From positions 1,782,953 to 1,814,952 of the forward strand of contig NZ_AP014945.1 in NCBI RefSeq assembly GCF_001548275.1: a DNA stretch of 32,000 nucleotides, read 5' to 3'. Position 1 is the stretch's first letter. Each line of letters starts with the position of its first letter. The position numbers and the translations under genes are program-made. The DNA is from Caldimicrobium thiodismutans (GTDB lineage: Bacteria > Desulfobacterota > Thermodesulfobacteria > Thermodesulfobacteriales > Thermodesulfobacteriaceae). Shown in pieces: positions 20,874 to 28,475 of the stretch. Under the pieces are notes generated by a model. It was not told the origin of the DNA and did not search any database. It saw nothing but the letters and a program-made list of their open reading frames with translations.

Positions 20874-21122
20874 TCAAAACTCCTTTTGAAAATTTTTTCT
20901 TGGAGGAAAATCTACTCCCCCTTTAAAAAGGGGATTACATCTTAAAAACCTCTTTAAGGCAAACCAACTGCCCTTTAATATTCCCCATTCCGAAATAACA
21001 ATTTTGGTATACTCACTACAACTTGGATAATACCGACAATGAATTCCAAGATGTATAGAAAAAAAAGGAGAAATCCCCCATTGATAAACTTCAATAGCCT
21101 TAAGCAAAAGTTTTTTCAGCAT
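20874..21122 (-). CDS. yidD: Membrane protein insertion efficiency factor YidD
   Basis: 82 aa with YQWGISP......CRYYPSCSEY and the CNP motif. Its stop abuts the yidC start (TGAATG). Confidence 0.9.
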   Translation of the reverse strand: MLKKLLLKAIEVYQWGISPFFSIHLGIHCRYYPSCSEYTKIVISEWGILKGSWFALKRFLRCNPLFKGGVDFPPRKNFQKEF

Positions 21123-21486
21123 TCAGATTCCGATTTCTCCCACTTGAAAGATTTTTTCTCACAAGTTCAAGAAGCTCTCCATAAGAGAGATTTTTAAGAT
21201 TAGGATGGGGAATCATGATTAAATCTACCCCTTCTGGGAAGAGCTCTTTATTTTTTCTAAAAAGTTCCCTTAATAGTCTTTTCACTTTATTTCTTTCAAC
21301 TGCTTTACCTATTTTACCTGAAACAACAAGTCCTAATCTTCGTAAGCCCAGTTGATTGGGACAATAAATTATCAAAAGATGTCTCCCCACCCAGATTTTT
21401 TTTCCCTCTTTAAAAACTCTTTTAAAGTCTTTATTAAGGGTTAAACGCTCTTTACTTGAGAGACCTTCCTTTTTTAAGGAGCTCAC
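21100..21486 (-). CDS. rnpA: Ribonuclease P protein component
   Basis: 128 aa, basic, with RLGLVVSGKIGKAVERNKVKRLLRE (RNR-type motif). It lies directly downstream of rpmH. The exact start is uncertain: the GTG at 21486 is 2 nt after the rpmH stop. Confidence 0.88.
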   Translation of the reverse strand: MSSLKKEGLSSKERLTLNKDFKRVFKEGKKIWVGRHLLIIYCPNQLGLRRLGLVVSGKIGKAVERNKVKRLLRELFRKNKELFPEGVDLIMIPHPNLKNLSYGELLELVRKNLSSGRNRNLNAEKTFA

Positions 21487-21488
21487 AC

Positions 21489-21626
21489 CTAAACAGTCAG
21501 GCGATAGCGCCCTTTTCTTCTTCTATTTTTAAGAATCCTTCTTCCAGATTTAGTTGCCATTCTTGCCCTAAAACCGTGTCTTCTCTTCATTTTCAGTCTA
21601 CTGGGTTGATAGGTCCTTTTAGGCAT
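21489..21626 (-). CDS. rpmH: 50S ribosomal protein L34
   Basis: Not in the ORF track because it is under 60 aa. Hand translation of the minus strand gives [45 protein letters not shown] (45 aa), a canonical L34. GGAGGAG SD lies 5 nt upstream. Confidence 0.95.
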   Translation of the reverse strand: MPKRTYQPSRLKMKRRHGFRARMATKSGRRILKNRRRKGRYRLTV

Positions 21627-21659
21627 AAGGCTCCTCCTCGTTCCAGTGATTAGTTTTAT

Positions 21660-21687
21660 ATTTTAACATCTTTCCAAAAAATTTCTA
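21660..21687 (-). promoter_or_regulatory. Candidate rpmH promoter (TAGAAA-N16-TGtTAAAAT)
   Basis: On the minus strand, the extended -10 TGTTAAAAT (21660-21668) lies 34 nt upstream of the rpmH ATG. Confidence 0.4.
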
Positions 21688-21698
21688 TATGCTAAAAT
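21671..21698 (+). promoter_or_regulatory. Candidate trpC promoter (TTTCCA-N16-TGcTAAAAT) abutting the start codon
   Basis: The extended -10 TGCTAAAAT (21690-21698) ends 1 nt (T at 21699) before the ATG at 21700 and 7 nt (21699-21705) before the in-frame ATG at 21706. It overlaps the divergent rpmH promoter. Confidence 0.4.
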
Positions 21699-21699
21699 T

Positions 21700-22476
21700 A
21701 TGAAGATGCATAAAATTCTTAAAAGGATTTTAGAGGAAAAATTTTACGAAATCATTAAACGCAAACAAAAAGGTCTATATTTTAGGCCCTTTTGGGATCG
21801 CCCTATTTTTGATTTAAAGGCCTATCTTGAGAAAGAGAACTTTACCATTATTGCAGAGATAAAAAGAGCAAGCCCTCTTAAAGGTAGTTTGAGAGCAGAT
21901 TTTAATCCTGTAAAATTGGCTGAATCTTATATTAAAGCCGGGGCAAAGGCTATTTCAATTATAACGGAAGAATTTTTCTTTTATGGTTCCTTAGAATATT
22001 TAGCTGCAGTTAGAGTTCTTACAAACCTACCTCTCCTTAGAAAAGACTTTATTTTTGACCCTATTCAGATTGAAGAGGCAAAAGCCTTTGGAGCAGATTT
22101 TGTTCTTTTGATAGCTGATTTGTTAAGTTTTGAAGACCTGCGAGAACTTTATGGGTATACTAAAAAATTGGGTCTCTCCGCTCTAACTGAAGTGCATAGT
22201 GAAGATAATCTGGAAAAGGCCCTTTCAGTTGGTGTTGATGTTATTGGAATTAACAATCGCAATCTTAAAACCCTTGAGCTTGACCCAGATCACGCTTACA
22301 AGCTTTTACCTCTTATACCCAAGGGAACCCCTGTAATTGCGGAATCAGGTATTAGCACTCCGGAGGAGGCAAAAGCCCTTAAAAAGGCTGGTTTTAAGGG
22401 AGTTCTTATAGGAACTGCCTTAGTGAAATCAGAAAATCCAGGTTTACTTTTAAACAAGATGGTGGAGGCCCTTTAA
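21700..22476 (+). CDS. trpC: Indole-3-glycerol phosphate synthase
   Basis: 258 aa with IIAEIKRASPLKG, LRKDFIFDPIQIEEA, ALTEVH, IGINNRNL and ESGI. No SD upstream; the true start may be the ATG at 21706. Confidence 0.93.
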   Translation: MKMHKILKRILEEKFYEIIKRKQKGLYFRPFWDRPIFDLKAYLEKENFTIIAEIKRASPLKGSLRADFNPVKLAESYIKAGAKAISIITEEFFFYGSLEYLAAVRVLTNLPLLRKDFIFDPIQIEEAKAFGADFVLLIADLLSFEDLRELYGYTKKLGLSALTEVHSEDNLEKALSVGVDVIGINNRNLKTLELDPDHAYKLLPLIPKGTPVIAESGISTPEEAKALKKAGFKGVLIGTALVKSENPGLLLNKMVEAL

Positions 22477-22477
22477 G

Positions 22478-22864
22478 ATGCCAGTTGAACTTAATTTTGA
22501 TAAGGGAGATGGACTTTTGCCGGCAATTATCCAGGATGCCAAAACAGGAAAAGTTCTCATGCTTGGATTTATGAATAAAGAGGCCCTTGAGCAAACCTTA
22601 CAAACAGGAAAGGTTCATTTTTATAGCAGAACTCGTAAAAAGCTCTGGATGAAAGGAGAGACTTCAGGTCATGTCCTTGAGGTTTTAGATATCTATATAG
22701 ATTGCGATGCAGATACGCTTTTAATAAAGGTAAATCCAAAAGGGCCTGTTTGCCATGAAGGTTATCTTAGTTGCTTTTACCGAACTCTAAGGAAAGACGG
22801 TGAACTTACCATCGTTGAAGAAAAACTTTTTCAACCGGAGGAGGTCTATGGAAAGGGTGCTTAA
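22478..22864 (+). CDS. hisI: Phosphoribosyl-AMP cyclohydrolase (monofunctional)
   Basis: 128 aa with LLPAIIQDAKTGKVLMLGFMN, SRTRKKLWMKGETSGH, DCDADTLL and the CH..Y.SCF motif. Confidence 0.93.
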   Translation: MPVELNFDKGDGLLPAIIQDAKTGKVLMLGFMNKEALEQTLQTGKVHFYSRTRKKLWMKGETSGHVLEVLDIYIDCDADTLLIKVNPKGPVCHEGYLSCFYRTLRKDGELTIVEEKLFQPEEVYGKGA

Positions 22865-23723
22865 ATTTGGTATTCCAAAGGGAAGTTTAGAAAAATCTAC
22901 CATAGATCTTTTTGAAAAAGCCGGGTGGACTATTGAGGTGCATCACAGAAGCTATTTTCCTGAGGTAGATGATCCAGAGCTTGAAATGGTTATTTGTAGA
23001 CCTCAAGAGATGAGTAGATACATAGAAAGCGGGGTTCTTGATGCCGGCATTACTGGAAAGGATTGGATTCTTGATAATAACTCTAAGGTAGTGGTAGTAG
23101 AAGACCTTCCTTATTCTAAGGTAAGTAAAAGGCCTGCTCGATGGGTAGTTGCGGTAAAAGCTGATTCAGGAATTCAGACCTTAGAAGATTTACAGGGCAA
23201 AAGAATAAGCACCGAGCTTGTGAATTTTACAAAGAGGTTTTTTGAAGAAAGGGGCATCGAGGTTGAGGTTTCTTACTCCTGGGGTGCAACGGAGGCCAAA
23301 GTAGTTCAGGGGCTTTGTGATGCAATTGTAGAGGTCACAGAAACTGGTTCTACTATAAAAGCGCATGGTTTAAAGATTATTTATGAATTGCTTGTAACCT
23401 ATCCCCAACTCATAGCCAATGCCTCTGCATGGGAAGATCCCTGGAAGAAAAAGAAGATACAACAGATTTCAGTTTTACTTAAAGGAGCCTTAAATTCTCA
23501 CAAAAAAGTAGGTCTTAAAATGAATGTCCCTGCGGAGAATTTGGAAAAGGTGGTAACCCTGCTTCCCAGTATTACTGCTCCTACCATATCTAAGCTTTAT
23601 GAAAAGGATTGGTATGCCTTAGAAATTGTAGTCTCAGAAAAAGAAGTTCGAGACCTTGTTCCCAAACTTTTGGAATTAGGGGTTCAGGGAATCATTGAAT
23701 ATAGCTTAAATAAAATTATTTGA
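22848..23723 (+). CDS. hisG: ATP phosphoribosyltransferase, long form with C-terminal regulatory domain
   Basis: The track ORF starts at GTG 22800. The ATG at 22848 (MERVLKFGIPKGSLE...) follows a GGAGGAGG SD and matches normal HisG N-termini. The product is 291 aa with a C-terminal HisG-C domain, and the start overlaps the hisI end by 17 nt. Confidence 0.92.
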   Translation: MERVLKFGIPKGSLEKSTIDLFEKAGWTIEVHHRSYFPEVDDPELEMVICRPQEMSRYIESGVLDAGITGKDWILDNNSKVVVVEDLPYSKVSKRPARWVVAVKADSGIQTLEDLQGKRISTELVNFTKRFFEERGIEVEVSYSWGATEAKVVQGLCDAIVEVTETGSTIKAHGLKIIYELLVTYPQLIANASAWEDPWKKKKIQQISVLLKGALNSHKKVGLKMNVPAENLEKVVTLLPSITAPTISKLYEKDWYALEIVVSEKEVRDLVPKLLELGVQGIIEYSLNKII

Positions 23724-23729
23724 GGGCTT

Positions 23730-24047
23730 ATGCAAAGACTTCCTTTAACTTATATCAGACCTGGTATGAAAACTTTTGAAGAGGTAGTGGATCCTTCAGG
23801 AAGGGTGCTTTGTGGAAAGGGGGTAGTGATTACAGAGGATATGCTTAAGCGATTTCAAGAACTGGGAGTCAGTTATGTTACTGTTGAGGGGACTCCAGTT
23901 GTTTTGCCCTGGGAAAAGACCCTGGAAGAGGAATTAAAAGAGCTTGAAGCAAGATTTGAGGGGATAGAGGAAGAAAATCTTCTGCAAATTAAGGAATTAA
24001 TAAAGGAACTTCTTTTTGAGAAGTTTAAGTTTTCAAGACCAGAGTAA
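23730..24047 (+). CDS. Small hypothetical protein, resembles the short N-terminal module found in front of HD-GYP/HDOD signalling proteins
   Basis: 105 aa with a GAGGG SD, starting 6 nt after hisG. The pattern IRPGMKTFEEVVDPSGRVLCGKGVVITEDMLKRFQELGVSYVTV resembles the L.PGM...DV....G..L...G..L......L...G...V module, followed by an acidic coiled-coil tail. Confidence 0.55.
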   Translation: MQRLPLTYIRPGMKTFEEVVDPSGRVLCGKGVVITEDMLKRFQELGVSYVTVEGTPVVLPWEKTLEEELKELEARFEGIEEENLLQIKELIKELLFEKFKFSRPE

Positions 24048-24052
24048 AAAAT

Positions 24053-24913
24053 ATGATAGATTCCTCTGAAAAAAGAAAAGAGGTAAAAAAGAAATTAAGG
24101 AAACTTGAGGGGCTTCCAACCCTTCCTCCTATTGTTCAAAAATTGAACCTTCTAATTGAAGATGAGAGGGTTTCTCTTCATCAGATTGCTGATCTCATTG
24201 AAAAAGATCAGGTTATAACTACAAAGGTGTTAAGGTTAGCTAATTCAGCCTTTTATGGATTTCCCCGTAAGGTCTCTACAGTCAGTCAAGCCATGATGCT
24301 TCTTGGCATGAATGTCTTAAAGATCTTAATTATGACCTCATCTATTTTTGATATAATTCATAAAGAAGATGTGGGTCTCTGGGAACATTCTATTGGAGTT
24401 GCAGCCTGTGCTAAAATTATTGCGGAAAAAACCGAGATTAAAGACCCTCAGGAGATTGCAACAGCTGGGTTACTGCACGATCTTGGAAGAGTAATTGAGA
24501 TGGTAAGCTTTAGAGAGGAGTCAAAGGAAATAATTGCCTTAATTTCTCAAGGAGAGGAACCTCTTCAAGCAGAAAGAAAAATTTTAGGGCTTGATCATGC
24601 AGAAATAGGGGCTTTTTTGATGAGACAATGGAATCTTCCTGAAAGACTAATTGAAGCAGTCTCTGCTCACCATCAATTAGATTTGTCCAAAAAATTTAAG
24701 AAAGAGTCTGCCTGTTTACATCTTTCTGATGTGTTAGTGCATGCCAGGGGCTATGGAAGGACTCTATATGATAAGGTCCCCCCTCTTGACCCTTCTGTTT
24801 TTAAGATTTTAGGACTCTCTTTACCTGAAATCAAGGAAATTATTTTTTCACTTGAACCAAAACTTTATGAACTAAAGTTTTTTACAGAAGAATTAAAAAA
24901 AGAGCTTTCTTGA
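24053..24913 (+). CDS. HDOD domain signalling protein
   Basis: 286 aa with LPTLPPIVQKLNLLIEDERVSLHQIADLIEKDQVITTKVLRLANSAFYGFPRKVSTVSQAMMLLG, WEHSIGVA and GLLHDLGRV, the typical HDOD signature. Confidence 0.85.
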   Translation: MIDSSEKRKEVKKKLRKLEGLPTLPPIVQKLNLLIEDERVSLHQIADLIEKDQVITTKVLRLANSAFYGFPRKVSTVSQAMMLLGMNVLKILIMTSSIFDIIHKEDVGLWEHSIGVAACAKIIAEKTEIKDPQEIATAGLLHDLGRVIEMVSFREESKEIIALISQGEEPLQAERKILGLDHAEIGAFLMRQWNLPERLIEAVSAHHQLDLSKKFKKESACLHLSDVLVHARGYGRTLYDKVPPLDPSVFKILGLSLPEIKEIIFSLEPKLYELKFFTEELKKELS

Positions 24914-25851
24914 TTGTGAAAACAACCAAAATACATCTCAAAAAAATCTATAGTTTTTGGGATAAAAAAGCACCCTTTAGCCACTGGAAAAAAGCTCTTT
25001 CAGAATCTTTTAAAATACGAGAGTTTTATCTTTTGGAAAAGTTTTTAGATGCCCTGTTATTTAATCCTCCTGATCTTGTGATTTATTATTATCATAAATC
25101 ACCAGAGGGTTTAGAAATCTTTATACGGGATATAAAACTTCAGTTTAATTTAGTTAGATTACCCCTGTTATTGGTTATTAACCATGATTCTTTAAGAGAG
25201 CTTGAGAATTATTTAAAGGCTATAGATGACTTTTTTTTCTTAAACTCATCTGCTAATGAAGTTCTTTTACGAGTTGAACTCTCCCTTAGAAGAATTGATA
25301 GAATTTCGGATAATAACCCTCTTACAGGACTCCCGGGAAATGTCTCAATTGAAAGGAATTTGTATAAAGTTCTGGAGAGTGAAAGACCTTATGCCATAGG
25401 ATATTTAGATTTAGATAATTTTAAGGCCTATAATGACTTATATGGATTTTCCAGAGGCGATGAGCTGATTAAAAATGTAGCCAGAATTTTAGTTACAACC
25501 ATTAGTAGTCATACTCGAGATGGCTTTGTTGGCCATATTGGAGGGGATGATTTTGTATTTATCGTCCCTTTAGAAAGTGTTGAAAAAGTAGCTGAAGAAG
25601 TAATTAAAAAGTTTGAAACTCTTATCCCAAAATTAGTTAGCCGAAAAGATTTAGAGCGAGGGTATTTCATCAGTAAAGATAGACAGGGTAAAACCTGCAC
25701 TTTCCCGCTTCCATCTATCTCTATTGCTATTGTCCCGGTTCAAAAGGGTAAATTTACCCACATTGGTGAGATTGCTGAAAGGGCAGGGCAGATTAAAAAA
25801 TTGATTAAGGCTCAGCCTGGAAGTGTTTATTTTGTAGATAGGAGAGCTTAG
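24910..25851 (+). CDS. GGDEF-family nucleotide cyclase-like protein with N-terminal pseudo-receiver; signature reads GGDDF
   Basis: 313 aa. The C-terminal domain has NPLTGLPGN, YLDLDNFKAYNDLYGFSRGDELI and FVGHIGGDDFVFIVP. The N-terminal ~130 aa are receiver-like, but Tyr occupies the phospho-acceptor position (PDLVIYYY). The TTG start overlaps the HDOD stop (TTGA); GTG at 24916 is an alternative. Confidence 0.8.
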   Translation: MIVKTTKIHLKKIYSFWDKKAPFSHWKKALSESFKIREFYLLEKFLDALLFNPPDLVIYYYHKSPEGLEIFIRDIKLQFNLVRLPLLLVINHDSLRELENYLKAIDDFFFLNSSANEVLLRVELSLRRIDRISDNNPLTGLPGNVSIERNLYKVLESERPYAIGYLDLDNFKAYNDLYGFSRGDELIKNVARILVTTISSHTRDGFVGHIGGDDFVFIVPLESVEKVAEEVIKKFETLIPKLVSRKDLERGYFISKDRQGKTCTFPLPSISIAIVPVQKGKFTHIGEIAERAGQIKKLIKAQPGSVYFVDRRA

Positions 25852-26105
25852 ATAAATTTTGTGTATGATCTGCGTGTTTTAAGGTATTGATCTTCTACTT
25901 TTAAGGTCTTGATTTTTTCCGTAAGCATTTTCTCAATAAAATTGACTAATCTTAAAGACTCTTCAACCTCCTTATAATCTATATCCTTACTTATTTTTTC
26001 CCAATTTTTGTTTATATTTTCATAAAGTTCGAGAGCTCTTGCCCAGTCTTCTTGTTTTAAGGCAAGTTCAATCTCAAGAAGCTGGGCTTTAAGGCCTTTT
26101 TTCAA
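25848..26105 (-). CDS. Small helical protein downstream of fliS; possibly FliT-like export chaperone (position-based)
   Basis: 85 aa with a TTG start preceded by AAGGGA, a helical, charged sequence, and the fourth position of a flaG-fliD-fliS-X operon. No motif-level identification. Confidence 0.45.
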   Translation of the reverse strand: MKKGLKAQLLEIELALKQEDWARALELYENINKNWEKISKDIDYKEVEESLRLVNFIEKMLTEKIKTLKVEDQYLKTRRSYTKFI

Positions 26106-26117
26106 GTTATTTCCCTT

Positions 26118-26549
26118 TTAAGGCCTTGCACTCAAAGCCTGCTTAGGTGCCATTTTATGATTAGGTATAACACTTGGTCTTATATCAACCCAGGCCTTTT
26201 TTAAATTCTCAAGAACCTCTATACTATCTTCAACTACTTTTAATTCATTAGAAAAATTTACCTTGATTAACTCATTAATAAGCACAGCATAGATTTCTTT
26301 TAGATTTTTAGCAATCTCTCTACCTTTTTCCAGATCAAGAATAGCCTCAAGATAGACGAGAACATCCACCACTTTACCCAGATTTTCAGCTTTGATCTTT
26401 TTTCTTTCAGGGGTATCAAGTCCTTCTTCTATAGCATTTTTTACCTGTTTAAGTAAATTTATGGCCTTTCCATAGAGTAAAATAATATGGTCAAGAGATG
26501 TTCCCTGGAGAACTTCTTTTTCAAAGTAGTTTTGATTAGGTCTTAGCAT
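26118..26549 (-). CDS. fliS: Flagellar export chaperone FliS
   Basis: 143 aa with LLYGKAINLLKQ, KVVDVLVYLEAILDLEKG.EIAKNL..IY and ENLKKAW, a typical FliS four-helix pattern. AAGGAGGAAGG SD upstream. Confidence 0.9.
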   Translation of the reverse strand: MLRPNQNYFEKEVLQGTSLDHIILLYGKAINLLKQVKNAIEEGLDTPERKKIKAENLGKVVDVLVYLEAILDLEKGREIAKNLKEIYAVLINELIKVNFSNELKVVEDSIEVLENLKKAWVDIRPSVIPNHKMAPKQALSARP

Positions 26550-26578
26550 GGCCTTCCTCCTTAAATTTTTACCAAAAT

Positions 26579-26605
26579 TAATCGGAATATCTCATAAAAT
26601 CTTTA
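26579..26605 (-). promoter_or_regulatory. Sigma-28 (FliA)-type promoter between fliD and fliS: TAAAGATT-N11-TCCGATTA
   Basis: On the minus strand, the -35 element matches TAAAGTTT at 7/8 and the -10 element matches GCCGATAA at 6/8, with the canonical 11-nt spacer. It lies 30 nt upstream of the fliS ATG. Confidence 0.45.
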
Positions 26606-26608
26606 ATT

Positions 26609-27925
26609 TTATTTTTTATTTGCCTCTGATAAAGAGACAGCAAAATTTTGTAATCTTGTCTTCAGTTGTTCATTTTGATACATAAGAGCCTCAATTTGGC
26701 TAAAGGTAAGTCTTAATTTTTCCTGTTCCTTTGCTAAAGCTATTTGAAGGGTTTCGGCTTTTTTATCCAAGGTCTCAATCTGTTTATCCTGAGTATCTTT
26801 ATAAATCTGGAAAGCCTTTAAAGTTCCTTCTAAGTATTTTTTAAGATTATTCTGTGTCTCATTTAAGGCAGACTGGATATCCCCTATCTTTCCGTTATTT
26901 ACTAAATTATTGAAGGTGTCTGTATTCAAAGAGTATTTTCCATCCTCAGAAAGATTTATAAGCCCAAGGTTTTGTAAAGGTTTAGTAAGAGTAAAAAGAT
27001 TGGTTTTAATTTGGGTAAGATTTGAGTTTCCCTGAAAGAGAGCTCCCTTTTCTGTCATTTGATTAACTAAATCAAGCACGCTATTAATTTTCCCAAAAAG
27101 ATTAGATAAAGCCTGATTTGCTTTGTCATAGGAATCTTTAACCGTTATGTTTACAAAAGTATCGGAAGTTTTATTGGCAGTTATGGTAAGACCGGTTAGG
27201 ACATTTTCAAAGGTGTTAGTTGGACTTGAGATTTCTGTGAGATCTGAACCAATTTTGAGTTTAGCGTTTTTTGCTTCTTGAAGAACTGTATCCGGTGTGC
27301 CAAGGGAAGAGGGAAGAGCTCCTGAGGAGATTTCAATAACAGCTCCTGAGGCTGTCTCCTTAGTTGAAGCCCCTACTTCTTTTTCTGCAAACATAAGCTT
27401 GTAATTGTTTCCATCATAATAAACACTTGCGACAACTTTATCCTGGGCTGAATTTATGGCTCTTGCTAAGTCTTCAATGGTTCCTCCTCCAAAATTTATA
27501 TTAGTATCTATTGAGGTTGTATTGGAGGTCCAGTATCTTAAAGTAAAGGTTGAGGAATTGAGGGTATCTGAAAGATTGGTGACTCCACCTGTGGTTATGC
27601 GAATTTCCCCCTGTGCAAGCTGAGTTGGCTTAACTCTTAAGCTTAGATTTGGGGTATTTTCAGTAACCTTTGCAGAAAGAACTGAGGTATCGGAAATCAA
27701 TGCCGTTTTACCCTGAAAGAGGGTATTGGTATTAAGAGAATCAACAGCGCTCTGTAAGTCCTTAAGAGCAGATAAAATATTGTTTAATGAAGTAGATTTT
27801 GCCTGAAGTAAAGCCTTGTCTTGAGATAGCTTTTTAAGTTGTTGTTGTTTACTCAAGGTCAGATTTTGCACAATTGCATCTATATCAAGGAGCCCGGTTA
27901 CATTACTCATGTAAAAATTTGGCAT
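26609..27925 (-). CDS. fliD: Flagellar filament capping protein FliD (hook-associated protein 2)
   Basis: 438 aa with an N-terminal GLLDIDAIVQNL...KKL coiled-coil and a C-terminal FSQIEALMYQNEQLKTRLQ heptad region, typical of FliD. AAGGAGG SD upstream. Confidence 0.9.
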   Translation of the reverse strand: MPNFYMSNVTGLLDIDAIVQNLTLSKQQQLKKLSQDKALLQAKSTSLNNILSALKDLQSAVDSLNTNTLFQGKTALISDTSVLSAKVTENTPNLSLRVKPTQLAQGEIRITTGGVTNLSDTLNSSTFTLRYWTSNTTSIDTNINFGGGTIEDLARAINSAQDKVVASVYYDGNNYKLMFAEKEVGASTKETASGAVIEISSGALPSSLGTPDTVLQEAKNAKLKIGSDLTEISSPTNTFENVLTGLTITANKTSDTFVNITVKDSYDKANQALSNLFGKINSVLDLVNQMTEKGALFQGNSNLTQIKTNLFTLTKPLQNLGLINLSEDGKYSLNTDTFNNLVNNGKIGDIQSALNETQNNLKKYLEGTLKAFQIYKDTQDKQIETLDKKAETLQIALAKEQEKLRLTFSQIEALMYQNEQLKTRLQNFAVSLSEANKK

Positions 27926-27927
27926 TT

Positions 27928-28341
27928 TTAAACCTCCTTTTCAAGAAAGAGGCCCTTCAGAGCCTCCTGATTTTGCCTTTCCTTGGATAATATCTCGGTT
28001 ATAGCCTTTTTTAATTTTAAAATATCCTCAAGGGGTATCTGCTTCAAAACCTCTTGAGTTTGGAGATCAATAATTTTATAAACGGGAATATTTAAATCCT
28101 TGTCAATCTCAATCTTTAAAGCCTTATTAATTGAAGTAAGAATTTTATTAATTTTTTCTATAAATTTTAGTTGATTTTGAAAATTTTTATTAGGCGTTAT
28201 CTCTCCTTCCAATGGGTGATCACTTTTTAAAATCTCTTCTTTAAGTTCAGAAAGAGTTTGGGCAGATTTTATGGGTAATTCAAGTTTAGGTTCAGGAGAT
28301 TTTACTTTAGTATTGGCTACAGAAATCCCCTTAATCTCCAT
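27928..28341 (-). CDS. flaG: FlaG-family flagellar protein
   Basis: 137 aa with the C-terminal FlaG signature LKIEIDKDLNIPVYKIIDLQTQEVLKQIPLEDILKL. It lies immediately upstream of fliD. Confidence 0.8.
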   Translation of the reverse strand: MEIKGISVANTKVKSPEPKLELPIKSAQTLSELKEEILKSDHPLEGEITPNKNFQNQLKFIEKINKILTSINKALKIEIDKDLNIPVYKIIDLQTQEVLKQIPLEDILKLKKAITEILSKERQNQEALKGLFLEKEV

Positions 28342-28360
28342 CCTTATACCTCATTAAATA

Positions 28361-28387
28361 TTATCGGCACTTTTTAAAATTTCTATA
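28361..28387 (-). promoter_or_regulatory. Sigma-28 (FliA)-type promoter of flaG-fliD-fliS: TATAGAAA-N11-GCCGATAA
   Basis: On the minus strand, a perfect GCCGATAA -10 element (28361-28368), an 11-nt spacer and a partial -35 (TATAGAAA vs TAAAGTTT). The predicted short leader still contains the GAGG SD of flaG. Confidence 0.55.
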
Positions 28388-28475
28388 GGGCAATTTTAAA
28401 ATTTTTTCCCTTAGGGTTTACAAAGGGAATTTTTGAGGCAAAATAAAGTTTATTCTCAAAAGAGGGAGATGGGTT

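Noticed and set aside
21627-21699. Possible replication origin next to rpmH-rnpA-yidC, the usual oriC/dnaA neighbourhood
   Set aside because: dnaA is not present here; trpC is the divergent neighbour. The spacer is only 73 bp and has no cluster of TTATCCACA-like boxes. The isolated 8/9 matches elsewhere (for example inside purA near 14331) are within coding sequence.
22800-22847. Upstream GTG start for hisG (307-aa version in the ORF track)
   Set aside because: The ATG at 22848 has a GGAGGAGG SD and yields the conserved HisG N-terminus. The extra 16 residues overlap hisI and look non-native.
28442-28454. Perfect palindrome AATAAA-G-TTTATT between the putative argF promoter and SD, considered as an ArgR (ARG box) operator
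   Set aside because: It matches the TGAAT-wwww-ATTCA ARG-box consensus poorly. Short AT-only palindromes are expected by chance in this AT-rich DNA.
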